From Tubiluchus corallicola (taxonomy: Eukaryota > Animalia > Priapulida): DNA of 64,000 nt. Made by a program: the position numbers and the translations under genes. The DNA is taken from positions 40,331-104,330 of the forward strand of contig JAQGDQ010000738.1 in NCBI GenBank assembly GCA_030141605.1, in the 5' to 3' direction. The notes under the pieces are model-generated. The model searched no databases. It had not been told where the DNA came from and worked only from the letters and a program-made list of their open reading frames with translations. This document shows, one piece after another, positions 1 through 13,600 of the stretch (its first letter is position 1; each line of letters opens with the position of its first letter).

Positions 1-102
1 GTAGTGTAGTGTAGTGTAGTGTAGTGTAGTGTAGTGTAGCTTAGTATAGTATAGCATAGCATAGTATAGCTTAGCTTAGCTTAGCATAGTATAGTATAGT
101 AT
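1..102. repeat. pentanucleotide microsatellite (GTAGT/ATAGT/TTAGC)n
   Basis: direct reading. Confidence 0.9.
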
Positions 103-859
103 TTATTTATTGACAACCAATCACAACATACTTAGATTAGCATATGGCCCCTATGTCTGTGGGCCTCCCCCCCTCCCCCTGCAGACAACCCTGCTTGATA
201 AGACATTTTCAAAATAAGCCCTGAGCGCATATGATTAGCAATTGCATTTATTCACATATATAGAAGAAATGGGGTGCCATATTGTACAGTTTACACCAAT
301 AACAATCTTGTTGAAATTTCTTAGTCAAAGACTGACCATAAGAATGGCCGTAGCCTAATGGTATCACAATAGTTTAAATTTTAAAGCTTTATGTACAACA
401 CTTACAAACTATGTCTGCAATAAGATATCATGTAAGTGAATCATAATTTCAAGATACTTTTAGTTTTATACAAGTTAAGAGTTTCTTTTTCTTTAAGTTT
501 GTATTATCTAAAAAAAGTGTATTACGAAATTTCACGAAGTTGTTCAAAACTATTTTTCCAAATCTTGCCATTTTCTGTAAACGAGAAAAAGGATAAACGA
601 TATTTTTAAGGAAAAGGTTAAACTGTTTACCACACCACAAACAGTTGTAATGAAGACAATTGTTAATATATAATGGCTTTGCAATTAACAATGTTTGAGA
701 AGATTTTTAATTTGTGATGTCGCAGTTTGGTAGTGCTTCCAGCCATAGAAACTGCTGCAGAAAGCTTTAAAAAATCAGTGAATGTTATTTTAATGCCTGA
801 AAGTGCTGTTTTAGTAATAATGGCTAACAGTAACAAAACTGGCAAGCCAGCGTAATTAT

Positions 860-1600
860 TAACACGTGATGAACACTTGCTTATAAACAAACTGTACTTA
901 GCCTGATTATTTCTACGTATAAACTCAGTATTCATGTATAAATGCAATAATAGACTATTTCCTAAGTTTTTTGCAATTCCTGTCGAATTGACATCTAAGA
1001 GAAATAATACAAGATATTATCAATACATTGTGCGTTTCTGTAGAACCAACATAGCTAAACATTTTATAATATTTCAAGGACCAAAAGTCTGGAATGAGAT
1101 TTGTCATCTCAAAAAATAGCAGATCTGTTACTAGATTTTAAAAAATGTTAAAAAATCAAATTTTAAGTAAGCATCAGTGAGTAATCAAAATTTCTATCAG
1201 TATCCATCCTCACAGTGGTGTTATCTTAATCAAGTTATCTTAATTTTACATACTATTAACAAATAATAGTCTTTCTATCTTTTATATCATCTCATATATG
1301 AGCTTCATTCATTACATCATTCATTTTAAGCACTAAATGTTTTTTTATCACACGATTCACTTTAAATTTTCAGATTATCTCTATTACTTTTTTTTCTATC
1401 ACTGTGTGGGACAATCTAACAAGCCCTGCTTTTTGATTGCCCGCAACACATTTACCTTCGTATATAAGTGAACAGTGTTTGAGGCTTTTCCTGTGCAGTA
1501 TTTCTTATTTGTATTACGTTCATTGTAGGCCCTTTCACTAGATATTGTACATGAAACTATTGTAATTGTGTAATGTGAAATAAATGACTTATGACTTATA
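860..1600 (+). mobile_element. decayed LINE 3' end (CR1/L2-group, Crack/Daphne-like)
   Basis: ORF2 C-terminal signature FMYK...RTN...FQGPKVWN; 3' UTR ending aataaatgactt. Confidence 0.55.
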
Positions 1601-2003
1601 TTAGTGCACAAAAGCGAAGTAAGATTGCATGAAAATAGTAGAGGCTCATTGGTCACACGAAAGTATCTTATTTAAACGTGCAGAAAAAAATAGGGTCGAT
1701 TATGTGGAGTTATTTGAGTTATTTGCGGACAGTTTTTTTATACTTTTGCATTTGAGTCTATTACACGGTGCCTGCTGTATTAGCTTAGTATCAGTAAATA
1801 CGGACAATCGGCAAATTCGGACCGACGTCTCCCTGATTTTGTCTGGCAAATCGAGATGTGAGTGTATTCCGCCGTACTTGAAGCCCCTGCTGCTGCCAGC
1901 GGATTCATAATTAGAATGAAACGGATGGCAGAATGATACAAAATCCGAAATCCATACAAAGAAGTCTGTTGTAACGAGGGTTTATTGCACGACTATTCTT
2001 TAA

Positions 2004-2675
2004 AGCACAAGAAAACTCTTCATGAACATAAAGCTTGAAAAATTCGTTTTGAAATTTTATATCGCTTACATACTGCCTTTTTGCGCGCAGTCACGCTGTA
2101 TAAAACATGTAAATTTAAACTCCCGCGATGACCGTTAGATGCAGCCATTTTGACGATAAGTCATTTGAAACAAGTTTAGATAATATTGTGTAAACTTTGA
2201 AAAAATAATCAGAACATTCGTAGCGCACAAGTCACTAACTAAATAAAATTTAAAATTACTGTATCTTGTCAATAAGATTAAAAATAAGTTTTTTGGTTAG
2301 TAAGTGGTGCACCCTGGAGGGTGAGTCAGCGACATTTTACCAATTGGTGAAAACATTTTAAACAATTAAAAAATTTCCTTTTCTAGTTACATAAATCTCT
2401 CTAGCAGGTAAGCGAAAATCTAAGTAATATAGTTTTGCATGAAAAGTCTTTTGAGACATAATTTAACATTGCCTTTTCTTCCCTTCATTTACGTTTGGTG
2501 CATGACGTCATGTAATGGCGACTTCAGAACAGTATTGCGGGAGATTTAAAATGAAAACAAACTAAAATTCCTTTCAGTGCGAGTAAGATATACGCATAAA
2601 ATTGCTGTAAAGTAATATAATTTTTAAGACGATTTTTTATGAAATCTACTTCAGGTACCCCTTTTTTCTTGTCCT
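2004..2675. mobile_element. Kolobok-type non-autonomous DNA transposon family A, copy 1
   Basis: TTAA flanks (2000-2003, 2676-2679); TIR AG(C/G)ACAAGAAAA; inverted homology to the copies at 10885 and 60194. Confidence 0.8.
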
Positions 2676-2819
2676 TTAAGCTATAACTAAAATGGCCAGT
2701 CGCTGTAGCTTGTGCTTTGTGGGTCAAACGTAATTGAGACGTAAACTATCTTAGCATCTTTATGTCCAGACCCGCAACGGTAGTTTCCTTTCATAAAGTT
2801 TTTGACGTTGACTTTGTAG

Positions 2820-2990
2820 ATACGTTGGCGCTCGAGGCTAAAATGAGGGCTAGAATCATGAAGAGGAGGAGGAAGGTGATGGAATATGTACCAAAGCGGA
2901 AGATGCCCGATAAGGAAGATCCAGAGAAGCAGGCGGAAGAGGCGGACATTGGAAAAAATTTGCAAAGAAACAGTGAACCAGAAGAAAAAG
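2820..2990 (+). CDS. gene 1 exon (DTLALEAKMRARIMKRRRKV...)
   Basis: acceptor tttgtag at 2819, donor gtgatg at 2991; basic NLS-like stretch. Confidence 0.7.
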
Positions 2991-4653
2991 GTGATGTGAA
3001 CAGAATCGTACAAGAAATGCAAAATATCTGAAGTTGGTTTCTCTGAATAAAAATACCCAGCAAGGTTTTGCAAAGTTATGCAACACTGCGACTTTTCGGT
3101 GTTGAATTGGTGCCATTTTTTCATAAATTATATTTGAAAAGATAAACAGTGCTGTTTAGGCTGAGTAGGCAAATAGAATGTAAGTAAGGGTAAATACCTT
3201 ACCACACCACAAACTCTTAGAGCTTGAACTGAGATAAATAACAAACCACATGTACTACACTTAAACTCCAGAACACCAAATATGTTTAATATGCAGCAAT
3301 TATCGTTTTATCTGTAATAATAAATTGCAGCAATAAGTTTTTAGCGAATAACATAAGTTTGATAAAGGTAAATCACTAAATTAGGTTACGCGATTTTCGT
3401 CTGTTATACAAAAATAACAGCAAAAAAGCTCTAATTGCATGAAGCTGTTCAGTAAAGATAATTAGACACTTACATGTGGTCTCCCTGAGTTTTGGTGCTT
3501 ATAACTTGCAAAAAAGGAATAGAAATCAATTCACAACATTCACATCATATCAACTTGAATTGCATACCAGGTAATGTCTACCTGGCGAACTACCTGGTCA
3601 CATGACTGATGACAGTTAAAGGGGCAAGACCAAATTTAACAGGTAGGGAAACGTGTATGTGCATAACACCACAAACAGTTAGAATGGTGACAGCTGTCTT
3701 ATAAAGTGTCATTACAGTTAATGATGTTCAAAAACACTTGAATTTGCTTTTCTTTCCTTGTGACACAAGTGCAATTTGGAAATTCATTAACTTTGCGCTT
3801 TGATATGGCAGCATATCGTCAAAAATATCTAAATTAACGAAATTTGAGTCGGTAATATTCAATTTTGCACAAAACAGGGTAAGTTTTAGTGCTTGAAACT
3901 TCAGTTTTGGAATTTGAACCTCTCCTAATAACTGGTTAAAGTGTAAGAACGTTTCTCAATTGTGAATATGATGCCAAGACACTACAAGCAAAATTAATAC
4001 TTTTAAGTACTTAATGAGAAAAATGTTGCGACTCTAGAGAACAAAGCTCCAGAAAATATTAAAATAATACGTTGCAGGTTTGAGCAATTGAAAAAGTTAA
4101 TGTGGTATCGCTGTGAAATTTTAGTACAAATGATTTATCCAGATGAATGTCGGCATAAAAGTTTGAAATATTTTTTATGACAACGTTAGATTGTTTACTT
4201 TTGAATAATAATCATTTATGAAGGCAGCATTTTTCTGCATTTTGGCATGCTGCAAGCCAGAATTGAATGGCTGGCCTTATTCATTATCCATGTTTACAGC
4301 AGGAGTGGAAACCTTTTTTCCCTATCAAGGCTAATCTTTAAAACGTGTTCGAAATTAGATTGGAAATGCAATTTTCATTAAAGCTATTTGTACGAAGTTG
4401 GACATGCAAATCAGACTCTGTATGTAATTACTATTGTTCTTTATTGTTCATTAAGTCACATTGGAAATTTAGGTGATTTTTAATTATATCCTTATTTGCC
4501 TATTCATTTATTTTTTTAAATTATTTTGTTTAAGACAATGCATTAAAATTATAGTTGCAAAATTGAATGTTGCGTATGTTAGAAGAATTCTTTCCCCTGC
4601 AAATATTATCATGTGCATAATATCACAATTATTGTTATTATTATTATCATCAT

Positions 4654-4684
<31 letters not shown>

Positions 4685-7600
4685 AGCAGCAGGAGCAGCA
4701 TCATGATCATGATCATCAGCAGCAGCAGCAGCATCGTGATCATGATCATCAGCAGCAGCAGCATCGTGATCATGATCATCATCATCAGCAGCATCATGAT
4801 CATGATCATCATCAGCAGCATCGTCATCATCAGCATCGTCATCATCATCATCATCATCATCTCATCGTCATGATTATTATTATCATTTGTTTTTTTACAG
4901 TGATTCAAGACAACTGTTTGCAACAGAAAAGTGTGAATACAGATATGGTGAGTTTCATGTTTTGCAGTTGATAAAATAAGAGAGAGACTCAAAACAGATA
5001 ATGTGCTTGTCTGTCATACTTGTCTGATTGTTTAACGGCAGGTTGGTGGGGCGAGAGATAATGTTCTTGTCTGTCATACTTGTCTGATTGTTAAACAGCA
5101 GGTTGGTGGACGAGTATATGACTTTATTTTGAACAGAATCTTTCCACATTGCTTACATACGGCTCTTTAATTTTGTATCTTCATTGATAATGCCTGCAGT
5201 AAAAGAAAATTTGTCGAACGAGTGTGATAAGGTTAAGCGAGGGTTGCACTTTTGTTCAGATGTGTTTTTATGCCTAAATCATTGTTTGTGCGAGTGTTTG
5301 TACTCTTTCTACCTAAAGTGCAGCGTCCTATCTCAGACATGTGCGCATTGACGCATGCGCACAACACCGAGACACCGCGTTGCTGGAACCCTCTGTGCTG
5401 GGCTGTGAAACCGAACAGTACTACCCTCACGTGCTCTGGACCATACAACCATGAAGAGAATTGAAGAAAAAGACTTATTGTATTAAATATTATCAATAAT
5501 ATTGAGTGAAAATAGCGGGTGCTGCAGTTTCACAGAACCTATACACGAGCCGCCACTACTGCAGACTTTGAAAATTTTTAACGCATTATTATGATTGCAC
5601 AAATAATTCACAGTTATTTTTATACAAAAGTATTTAATTAATTAAATTACTTAACGTTTTCTTGTGAATTTCGAACGCGTACATTGCCGTAAAGATCGCC
5701 ATGTTTCGCGTCTTTGGTGCGAGTGAGCGAGAATGACGTATGAGGTACATAAAGCGTCTTTGGTTACCGATGTTTGTTTACCGATAAAAGATAAGATTGT
5801 GACTGTATTCATGACGTCATTCGTCTCGCGCAACGAAAAATGGCGGCCCTTCAAATTTAGTACCGCTAACGAAGTGATAAAAAATCAAAAGAAGCAAGTT
5901 TTACGGAAAGTTTATAATGAAATAAATTGAATATTGGTAATGAGAGTAGGACTTTAGGTGATAAAAGGTTATATTATAGTGAGGTTTAGTTTGACTTTAA
6001 GTTCGAGCCACTTAGCTGTTATGTTTTTTGCAGCTTGGAGAGGTGGAAGTTTCACCGGACGTTGCTAAGAGTAAACGCAAAGTAAACACAGTTTGGATGT
6101 CCGACGACAAGCGAAAACATCTGAGTGACCACTGGTCTGTTTCTCGTGGAAATACTGTTAACATTAAGCAAAGGCTTTCCGGTGGGGGTGGTCTACCTCC
6201 GAGGGACAATGGTGACGTTAGTGAGAGGAGCTTGGGTGACCATTGGTCTTCTGGGTTTGCTGAGAAATCTTTGAGCGAACGTTTGTCTATTCCCGGAAAA
6301 GACGGCAGTAATGCTTTACAAAGGTCTGTGAAAGATCGTTTATCTGTTGCTCAAACGGTCACCAGCAGTGCTGGCCAAAGGTCACAGGAGGATACTACTG
6401 GTACGACGGACTCTCAAGTTAAACTACCTCAGAAGCTGCCATCGCTCAGGGAACGGTTGTCTCGGCAACGGGCAGAAATCCAGGAGAGCCTACTAAAATC
6501 AGCACGCGAATCGGTGAGCAAAATTTAAATGTCTAAGCGTTGGAAAGAAAAAATGTTTAATTTATGTTTACGGGAAGTATTTAAGATAGTCTCTAAAACA
6601 AGAGCAAGAAAGTTACGTTCATTTTATTACCGTCCATTAAAGGAAAGGGCAACTCTTTTAGCACATTAGGTTTATTACTCTAACTTAGAAAATGTTAACG
6701 AAGAAATTTGCGAAAAATTGTCTATAAAGCATAAAGTTCATTTATAGTATCACTATATAGAAATTTGTTGTTTGTCCTTCGTAGTCGAAGAGGACCATGG
6801 CTTCATTCTGACTTTGTAGGATGGGTAAGGAGGTTGTATAGAAATTTACAAGGGCGGTGATAGCAGCCATTGACTTGAAAATTATGATGCAACTGGTGGA
6901 CTTCGAGACTAATTGTTAACAAATCTTGGTTTCTGTAATTGGTGCTGCTTAAAATAATTCAACAAATACTGAATGTTCGGGCAAAAATATTGTAAAATAA
7001 ATTTTTAATGTAAGAACTTTTGACGGAAATTGACAGTGCGCCGCTTTTCTTCAGTCGATGAATGGCGTCGTTGATGGAGGAATGAGCGTTCGAAATGTGA
7101 CTTACACGAGGTGCTTATCGCACTTTTATTACCGAATCTTTCTAACATTTTTTGCAAACTGTTGTGTTTTGTTTCTCTCGGAAGGCTCGTAGAGAAAACC
7201 AGAAAACACTTCATCAAATTAAACTAGTTTATTAAGCGAGAATTCTACAACACAAAAGTATGAAGGAACGCGAAATGATTACAGTAAACGTGAAAATCTG
7301 GAAAATGTTTGAGTGTATCTGAAAATACAAGTATACAAGAGAATGTGTGAGTGGCGTCCGTGTGAATCTGTGTGTCTGTCAGCAGCCTGCTTCGCCTTAT
7401 ATAGGGTGCCCGAGAAGCTTCTAGAAGTTTTGTTCCAGAACATTTTACACAGTAAGACGATTAATCTAATGGGACATTCTACAATGTTCTATTTAATTCT
7501 AATAGATGCCAGCGATCTCCACAACACAAATAATGAAATAAGCCCAACTTCCCAGAAGGCTTGGCCTTTCCTTTAAATACTGACCAAGGCCGCCGAATTT

Positions 7601-10600
7601 ATTAGTACCGTTCGATTGTTTTATTTACCGGTTGCTTGACGGAATTGTTTTGACCAATTCCAGTTGTCAGCCGAGAGCTTGCGGAGGAGACCTTCGCACC
7701 GGATAGAAATCGAGGAGCAGACCTTACAACGCGAAGCTAACTCGAAAGTGATTCCTTTAAAAACTGCTAAACGAAGGCAAATCACTTTTGAAGATGAAGA
7801 GGCCAGTAATTCGTCCACGGAATGCTCAGCCGAAAGAGAGGATGTTGACGAGAGCGGAAGCGGCAAACTAGTTATTAGTGGCAAAAGTTCAAGCAGCACT
7901 CGTCAGTATGTCGTGTTTGATGAAAAACACGTCAGTGTTACAAGAGGAATGCAGGGTAAATTCGATTTTATTATTTTAATGTAAAAAATGTCGTAATAGA
8001 TGCTACATTAAGTTGTTAACATAAGACTGCAACTAGTGAAGTACACCTAATGCTTCTTTAACTTGCCTCTAGATGCCAAGTGAAAACCATACGGTTGCCA
8101 TAGCAACGCCAACTTTACCAATGCCCTCTCTGCACCCTCCAGTTACAGCTTTCGGCAGGACATTGTACACAGTAGGCTACGGACACTATGCGCGTTACCA
8201 TGGCAACCGATTGTTCCAGCTGAGCTAGAGCCTGCTGCTGCATGAAATTTTACACAATTGTTTTTACAAACATCATTAGCGCACAAACATTTCATGATCA
8301 ACATTCGCGCTAATAACATATTCCAGTTGGATATTTCTTTAGCTATTTGAAGATATTGGCTGTTTTTGTTGAGATATAATTATTTGAGAGAAATTCCACC
8401 AGAAGCCCATGAAAAGTGCTTCACTTGTACAAAACAGCATAGAGAACACTTGATAAATCTACTCAAGTTGCACAAAGCTCAAAAAACCTTGGCAAAAACT
8501 GTGTGACCATTACAGAGCTTAGGAACCCGTCTAAACAAAACCGTGTGACCATTACAGAGCTTAGGAACCCGTCTAAACAAAGCCGTGTGACCATTACAGA
8601 GCTTAGGAACCCGTCTAAACAAAACCGTGTGACCATTACAGAGCTTAGGAATCCGTCTAAACAAAATCGTGTGACCATTATAGAGCTTAGGAACCCGTCT
8701 AAACAAAATCGTGTGACCATTATAGAGCTTAGGAACCCGTCTAAACAAAGCCGCGTGACCATTACAGAGCTTAGGAACCCGTCTAAACAAAGCCGTGTGA
8801 CCATTACAGAGCTTAGGAACCCGTCTAAACAAAGCCGTGTAACCATTATAGAGCTTAGGAACCCGTCTAAACAAAACCGTGTGACCATTACAGAGCTTAG
8901 GAATCCGTCTAAACAAAACCGTGTGACCATTACAGAGCTTAGGAATCCGTCTAAACAAAATCGTGTGACCATTATAGAGCTTAGGAACCCGTCTAAACAA
9001 AATCGTGTGACCATTATAGAGCTTAGGAACCCGTCTAAACAAAGCCGCGTGACCATTACAGAGCTTAGGAACCCGTCTAAACAAAGCCGTGTGACCATTA
9101 CAGAGCTTAGGAACCCGTCTAAACAAAACCGTGTGACCATTACAGAGCTTAGGAACCCGTCTAAACAAAACCGTGTGACCATTACAGAGCTTAGGAACCC
9201 GTCTAAACAAAGCCGTGTGACCATTACAGAGCTTAGGAACCCGTCTAAACAAAACCGTGTGACCATTACAGACCTTAGGAACCAGTCTAAACAAGGGACC
9301 AGTAGTGCCATTTTTGTAAATCGCGTAAATTTGTTGAGACAATTTTTACGGACACAGTACATTATTTCGCAAGCTGACCACTAGTTGGCAGGCCGTCACT
9401 TTGTTTACATCACGTACATCAGTGTAACCACGTGTAGATCTCTATGTATAAAAATATAGAATCAATTATGCGGAGTTATTTGAGTCAATTGCAGACAATT
9501 TTTATATACTTTTGCATAGGAGCAGCCAGTACTTAGGCGTTTTTGAGACAATTAGGTATCATGTTTCCTTGATAGTTGGGTATTTTAAATTATGCATGAA
9601 ACAAGGTAATTGATATTTTAAGTCCACTTGGAGGCTCCTTATGGTCACAAAACTGCAATTTGTTGCTGGCTGCAATGGGAGCTTCGCCCCCTTGAATCTC
9701 CACGGGGGCCTACGTGGCCCCCAGACCCCCGGCCTGTTTCAGAGTTTTTTTGCAATTTGTCATTCTCATCCCTGCGTATGAATGCCTTTGTGTTGTTCTG
9801 CCAAAGAATTTGGTCAGTTCCGAAATTCAATTCTTTTGGCACAACTCTTATTGTACGACTATTTGCTTCTAGGAGTCAACAGACAGGATCTACCAGATAA
9901 GGCCAATCACAAAGTGGTTTCTTCGTTCAGTGCCAAGCGTAAGCGAATCACCTTCGAAGACGAAGATGCCAGTAACTCTTCAAAGGAAGATGCGGCTGAA
10001 AGAGTCGAAGTTAGGGAAGGCAGAAGCAATAGAGAAGCATTTGTTACTGACAGAAGTGCAGGCACCTGCCCGGAGATTGGGTTTGATAAAAAGGACGTTA
10101 TCAATGCAGAAAATGTTCTGGGTAATTGAGACCTTGTTGTTTTAACACTTAGAAACTGTGTGTTAAGATATGTATTTCTCTAACGACCAGGCAAAAATGC
10201 AGACTTTTTAAGTTTTTGTATATTTTTTTGGCATTGTGCCAAACGTGCAAACTTTATGCCAATTTGCAGATCTACAAATTCCACTTTGGTTTTGTTTATG
10301 GCGATAACTGCCGGCTATGTAAGGTAGTCTAAATTACAAGCAAAAATTTTAATATTTGAAAACTGTGCCATGCTTAAACAAAATTCACAGCACCAGGTTT
10401 CTTTTAAGTTTCAGCTAATTTCTCTGCTACATTGAAACAACTAATACACTTTCTATTCGTATTCTTGCAATATGGAATGTGATTTTATAACTTACCTACG
10501 TTACCTATAATGCTATAGAGAGTATACAGGCTTTTATAGACTCATTTCTATTCGTGTTCTTGCAATATGGGAAATCTTTTCGCCTTATTTATTTGTTCAG

Positions 10601-13600
10601 TGATTAGACAAACTCTGTTATAGTGATTTTATAACTTACCTACGTCACCTATAATGCTATAGAGAGTCTACGGGCTTTTCTAGACTCACGTCTATTCGTG
10701 TTCTTGCATGCAATATGGGAAATCTTTTCACCTTATTTATTTGTTGAGTGATTAGACAAACTCTGTTAATGTGATTTTATAACTTACCTACGTCACCTAT
10801 AACGCTATAGAGTCTACAGGCTTTTCTAGACTTACATCTGCCTTTGTTTACTTGTGATGGAATATGCCGTCTAATAGGTTTTAAAGTACAAGAAAAGGGG
10901 TACCTGAAGTAGGTTTCAGAAAAATCGCCTTAAAAAATTATACTACTTTACGGCAATTTTATGCGCATATCGTATTCGCATTGAAAGCAATTTTCGTCTG
11001 TTTGCATTTTAAATCTCCCGCAATATTATTCCGACGGCGCCATTACATGACATCACTAAAACACGTAAATCAGGGGAAGAAAAGGCAATGTTAAATTATG
11101 TCCCAAAAAACTTTTCTATATTACTTATCATTTCATTTACCTGCTGGAAAGACTAAAAATTTAAAATGTTTGTGCCAATTGGTGAAATGTCGCTGACTCA
11201 CCCTCCAGGGTGCGCCACTCAGTAGCCAAAAACGTGTTTTTAATCTTATTGACAAAATACAGTAATTTAAAATTTTACTTAATTAGCAGCATGTATGCTA
11301 CAATTACTTTTTCGCACTTTATTTAATGATATCAAAACTTGTTTCAACTGACCTACCATTAAAATGGCTGCACCTAACGGTCATCGCAGGAGTTTAAATT
11401 TACAAGTTTTATACAGCGTTACGGCCGATGCAAGCCATGTATACGAAAAGGTAGTACGTACGTGGTATAAAATTTCGAGACGAATTTTTTAAGCTTAATG
11501 TAAGTGGAAAGTTTTCTTGTGCTTTAAGTGTTCATGCAAAAACGATTTTTCTGAACGTTATGCTGCATTGGTTTATATCTGTTGGATGTATAGAACATGT
11601 TCAGTTTTTTGATGTTCAATATTTTTTTGAATAATTTGTAAATTTGTTCATTTGCTTCTAGGAAATAATAGAAAGGATTTACCTGATAAGACAATTTCCA
11701 AAGTAATTTCTTTGCCGACTGCCAAACGAAAGCGAATTACTTTTGAAGACGTCACTGATTCGTCAAAGGAAGATGCGGGCAGGAGAGCCATTGTTGCCGA
11801 AAACGAACCCGTTGTTAGTGACGAAAGTGCAAGTTCTCGTCAGTACATCTCATTTAATCGGGAAGATGCTGATGATGCAAAAGATGTTGAAGGTTAATAG
11901 ATTTTCTTTTTGAAAGTTTTTTTACTCAGCAGTGTCTTAGATATGTTAAAGCAAAACCATGCCCAATCTTAAACTGTAAGTCAGAATAATCTACTGTTTA
12001 AAATATTTAAATGAAACATATAATGTTTTCAAGAATGACTTACATGAAAGAATTATTACCCTACAAGCACAATTTCCCCTTAACGTGGCTAGCTCTTTGC
12101 TGCTACACGCGTTTTGCCATTTGCTAGTTAGACAGGCGCTGTACGTCTCAGCTCAGAGGTGTTCATTTGTGATGTACTGCACACGTTTGACAGCTCGTAC
12201 GTTTGAAAATTTGCAATTTGAAATTTTGAACAGTAGTAAATTTGAAATTTACATTTTTATTTTGAGACTTGTTTAGTTTTAGTACATAATGATCGTAGTA
12301 CATAGTTTCATAATGATCGTAGTACATAGTTTCATAATGATCATAGTACATAGTTTCATAATGACCGTAGTACATAGTTTCATAATGATCATAGTACATA
12401 GTTTCATAATGATCGTAGTACATAGTTTCATAATGATCGTAGTACATAGTTTCATAATGATCGTAGTACATAGTTTCATAATGATCATAGTACATAGTTT
12501 CATAATGATCGTAGTACATAGTTTCATAATGATCGTAGTACATAGTTTCATAATGATCGTAGTACATAGTTTCATAATGATCGTAGTACATAGTTTCATA
12601 ATGATCATAGTACATAGTTTCATAATGATCATAGTACATAGTTTCATAATGATCGTAGTACATAGTTTCATAATGATCGTAGTACATAGTTTCATAATGA
12701 TCATAGTACATAGTTTCATAATGATCATCAAAGCAGGGACGCTGAAACATTGACACTAAATTCTTATTTATGGATGTGACTGCGTTTCTATTAAACACAA
12801 ATTATTTACATTTTTCTCAGGCGCTTCCATCCGAAACCAAAGTTCACAACCAGCTGCCAAGAAGTTGCGTCGCGTCTTCGTTGGAGGCTCCAGAACTTCT
12901 GCGCCAAAATCTGCGCCCGAAATCGAAGTCAAGTCAAAGTTACCACAATCGCCCGGAAGAAAAAGTGCCTTGTCGTCCTTGAACTCGTGGCTCGGACGGC
13001 GACGTAAAATTCCCAAAAGTGAGTAATTTCCTAAGTGATTGGCACTAGACTTTGTTTTTTGCGGCATGTACATTGCTTAAAGTAAATTTATACTATTAAA
13101 GGAAAAGTCAACTTCTTAGGAAGTTGAGCTTGTTTTAATATTTTATAATTATGAATTATAAATTTATTCCACAGCAACTCAAACATACATACAAGTTGAT
13201 ATTACATTGAAAAAAAAGTGAATAAACTATGCGAGTTACTGTGAGGAGGAGGAAGGAGCATTGAGCTTTCGAGTCCTCCTCCAGATAAGTGAAACAATTG
13301 ACAATTAACATTACATTTTCATCAGTTATAACGTGCATTAGAACAAAATAAGTTTTGTTAGTAACTTAAGATCAGGATGAGTAAAATTGTGAGTTAATGA
13401 TACCGTTGTAGTAGGTAATTCTTTGATGCTTTTTTAAATTGATAAAGATTAAGAGTTTTCATTTCACGCGGAATTGATGACCATAGTTTAATAGCATTAT
13501 ATTTTGTGACTGTTTCGTTATATTTGTTTTTGGAAGAGGGAGTACATAGTTTCCGACTGAATATCTTGTGTAATGATCATGTTGATTTGAAACTGGACTA

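Noticed and set aside
8463-9384. ~290-aa ORFs open in three frames
   Set aside because: A 42-bp intronic minisatellite. The flanking exons join in phase without it and I see no credible acceptor/donor pair.
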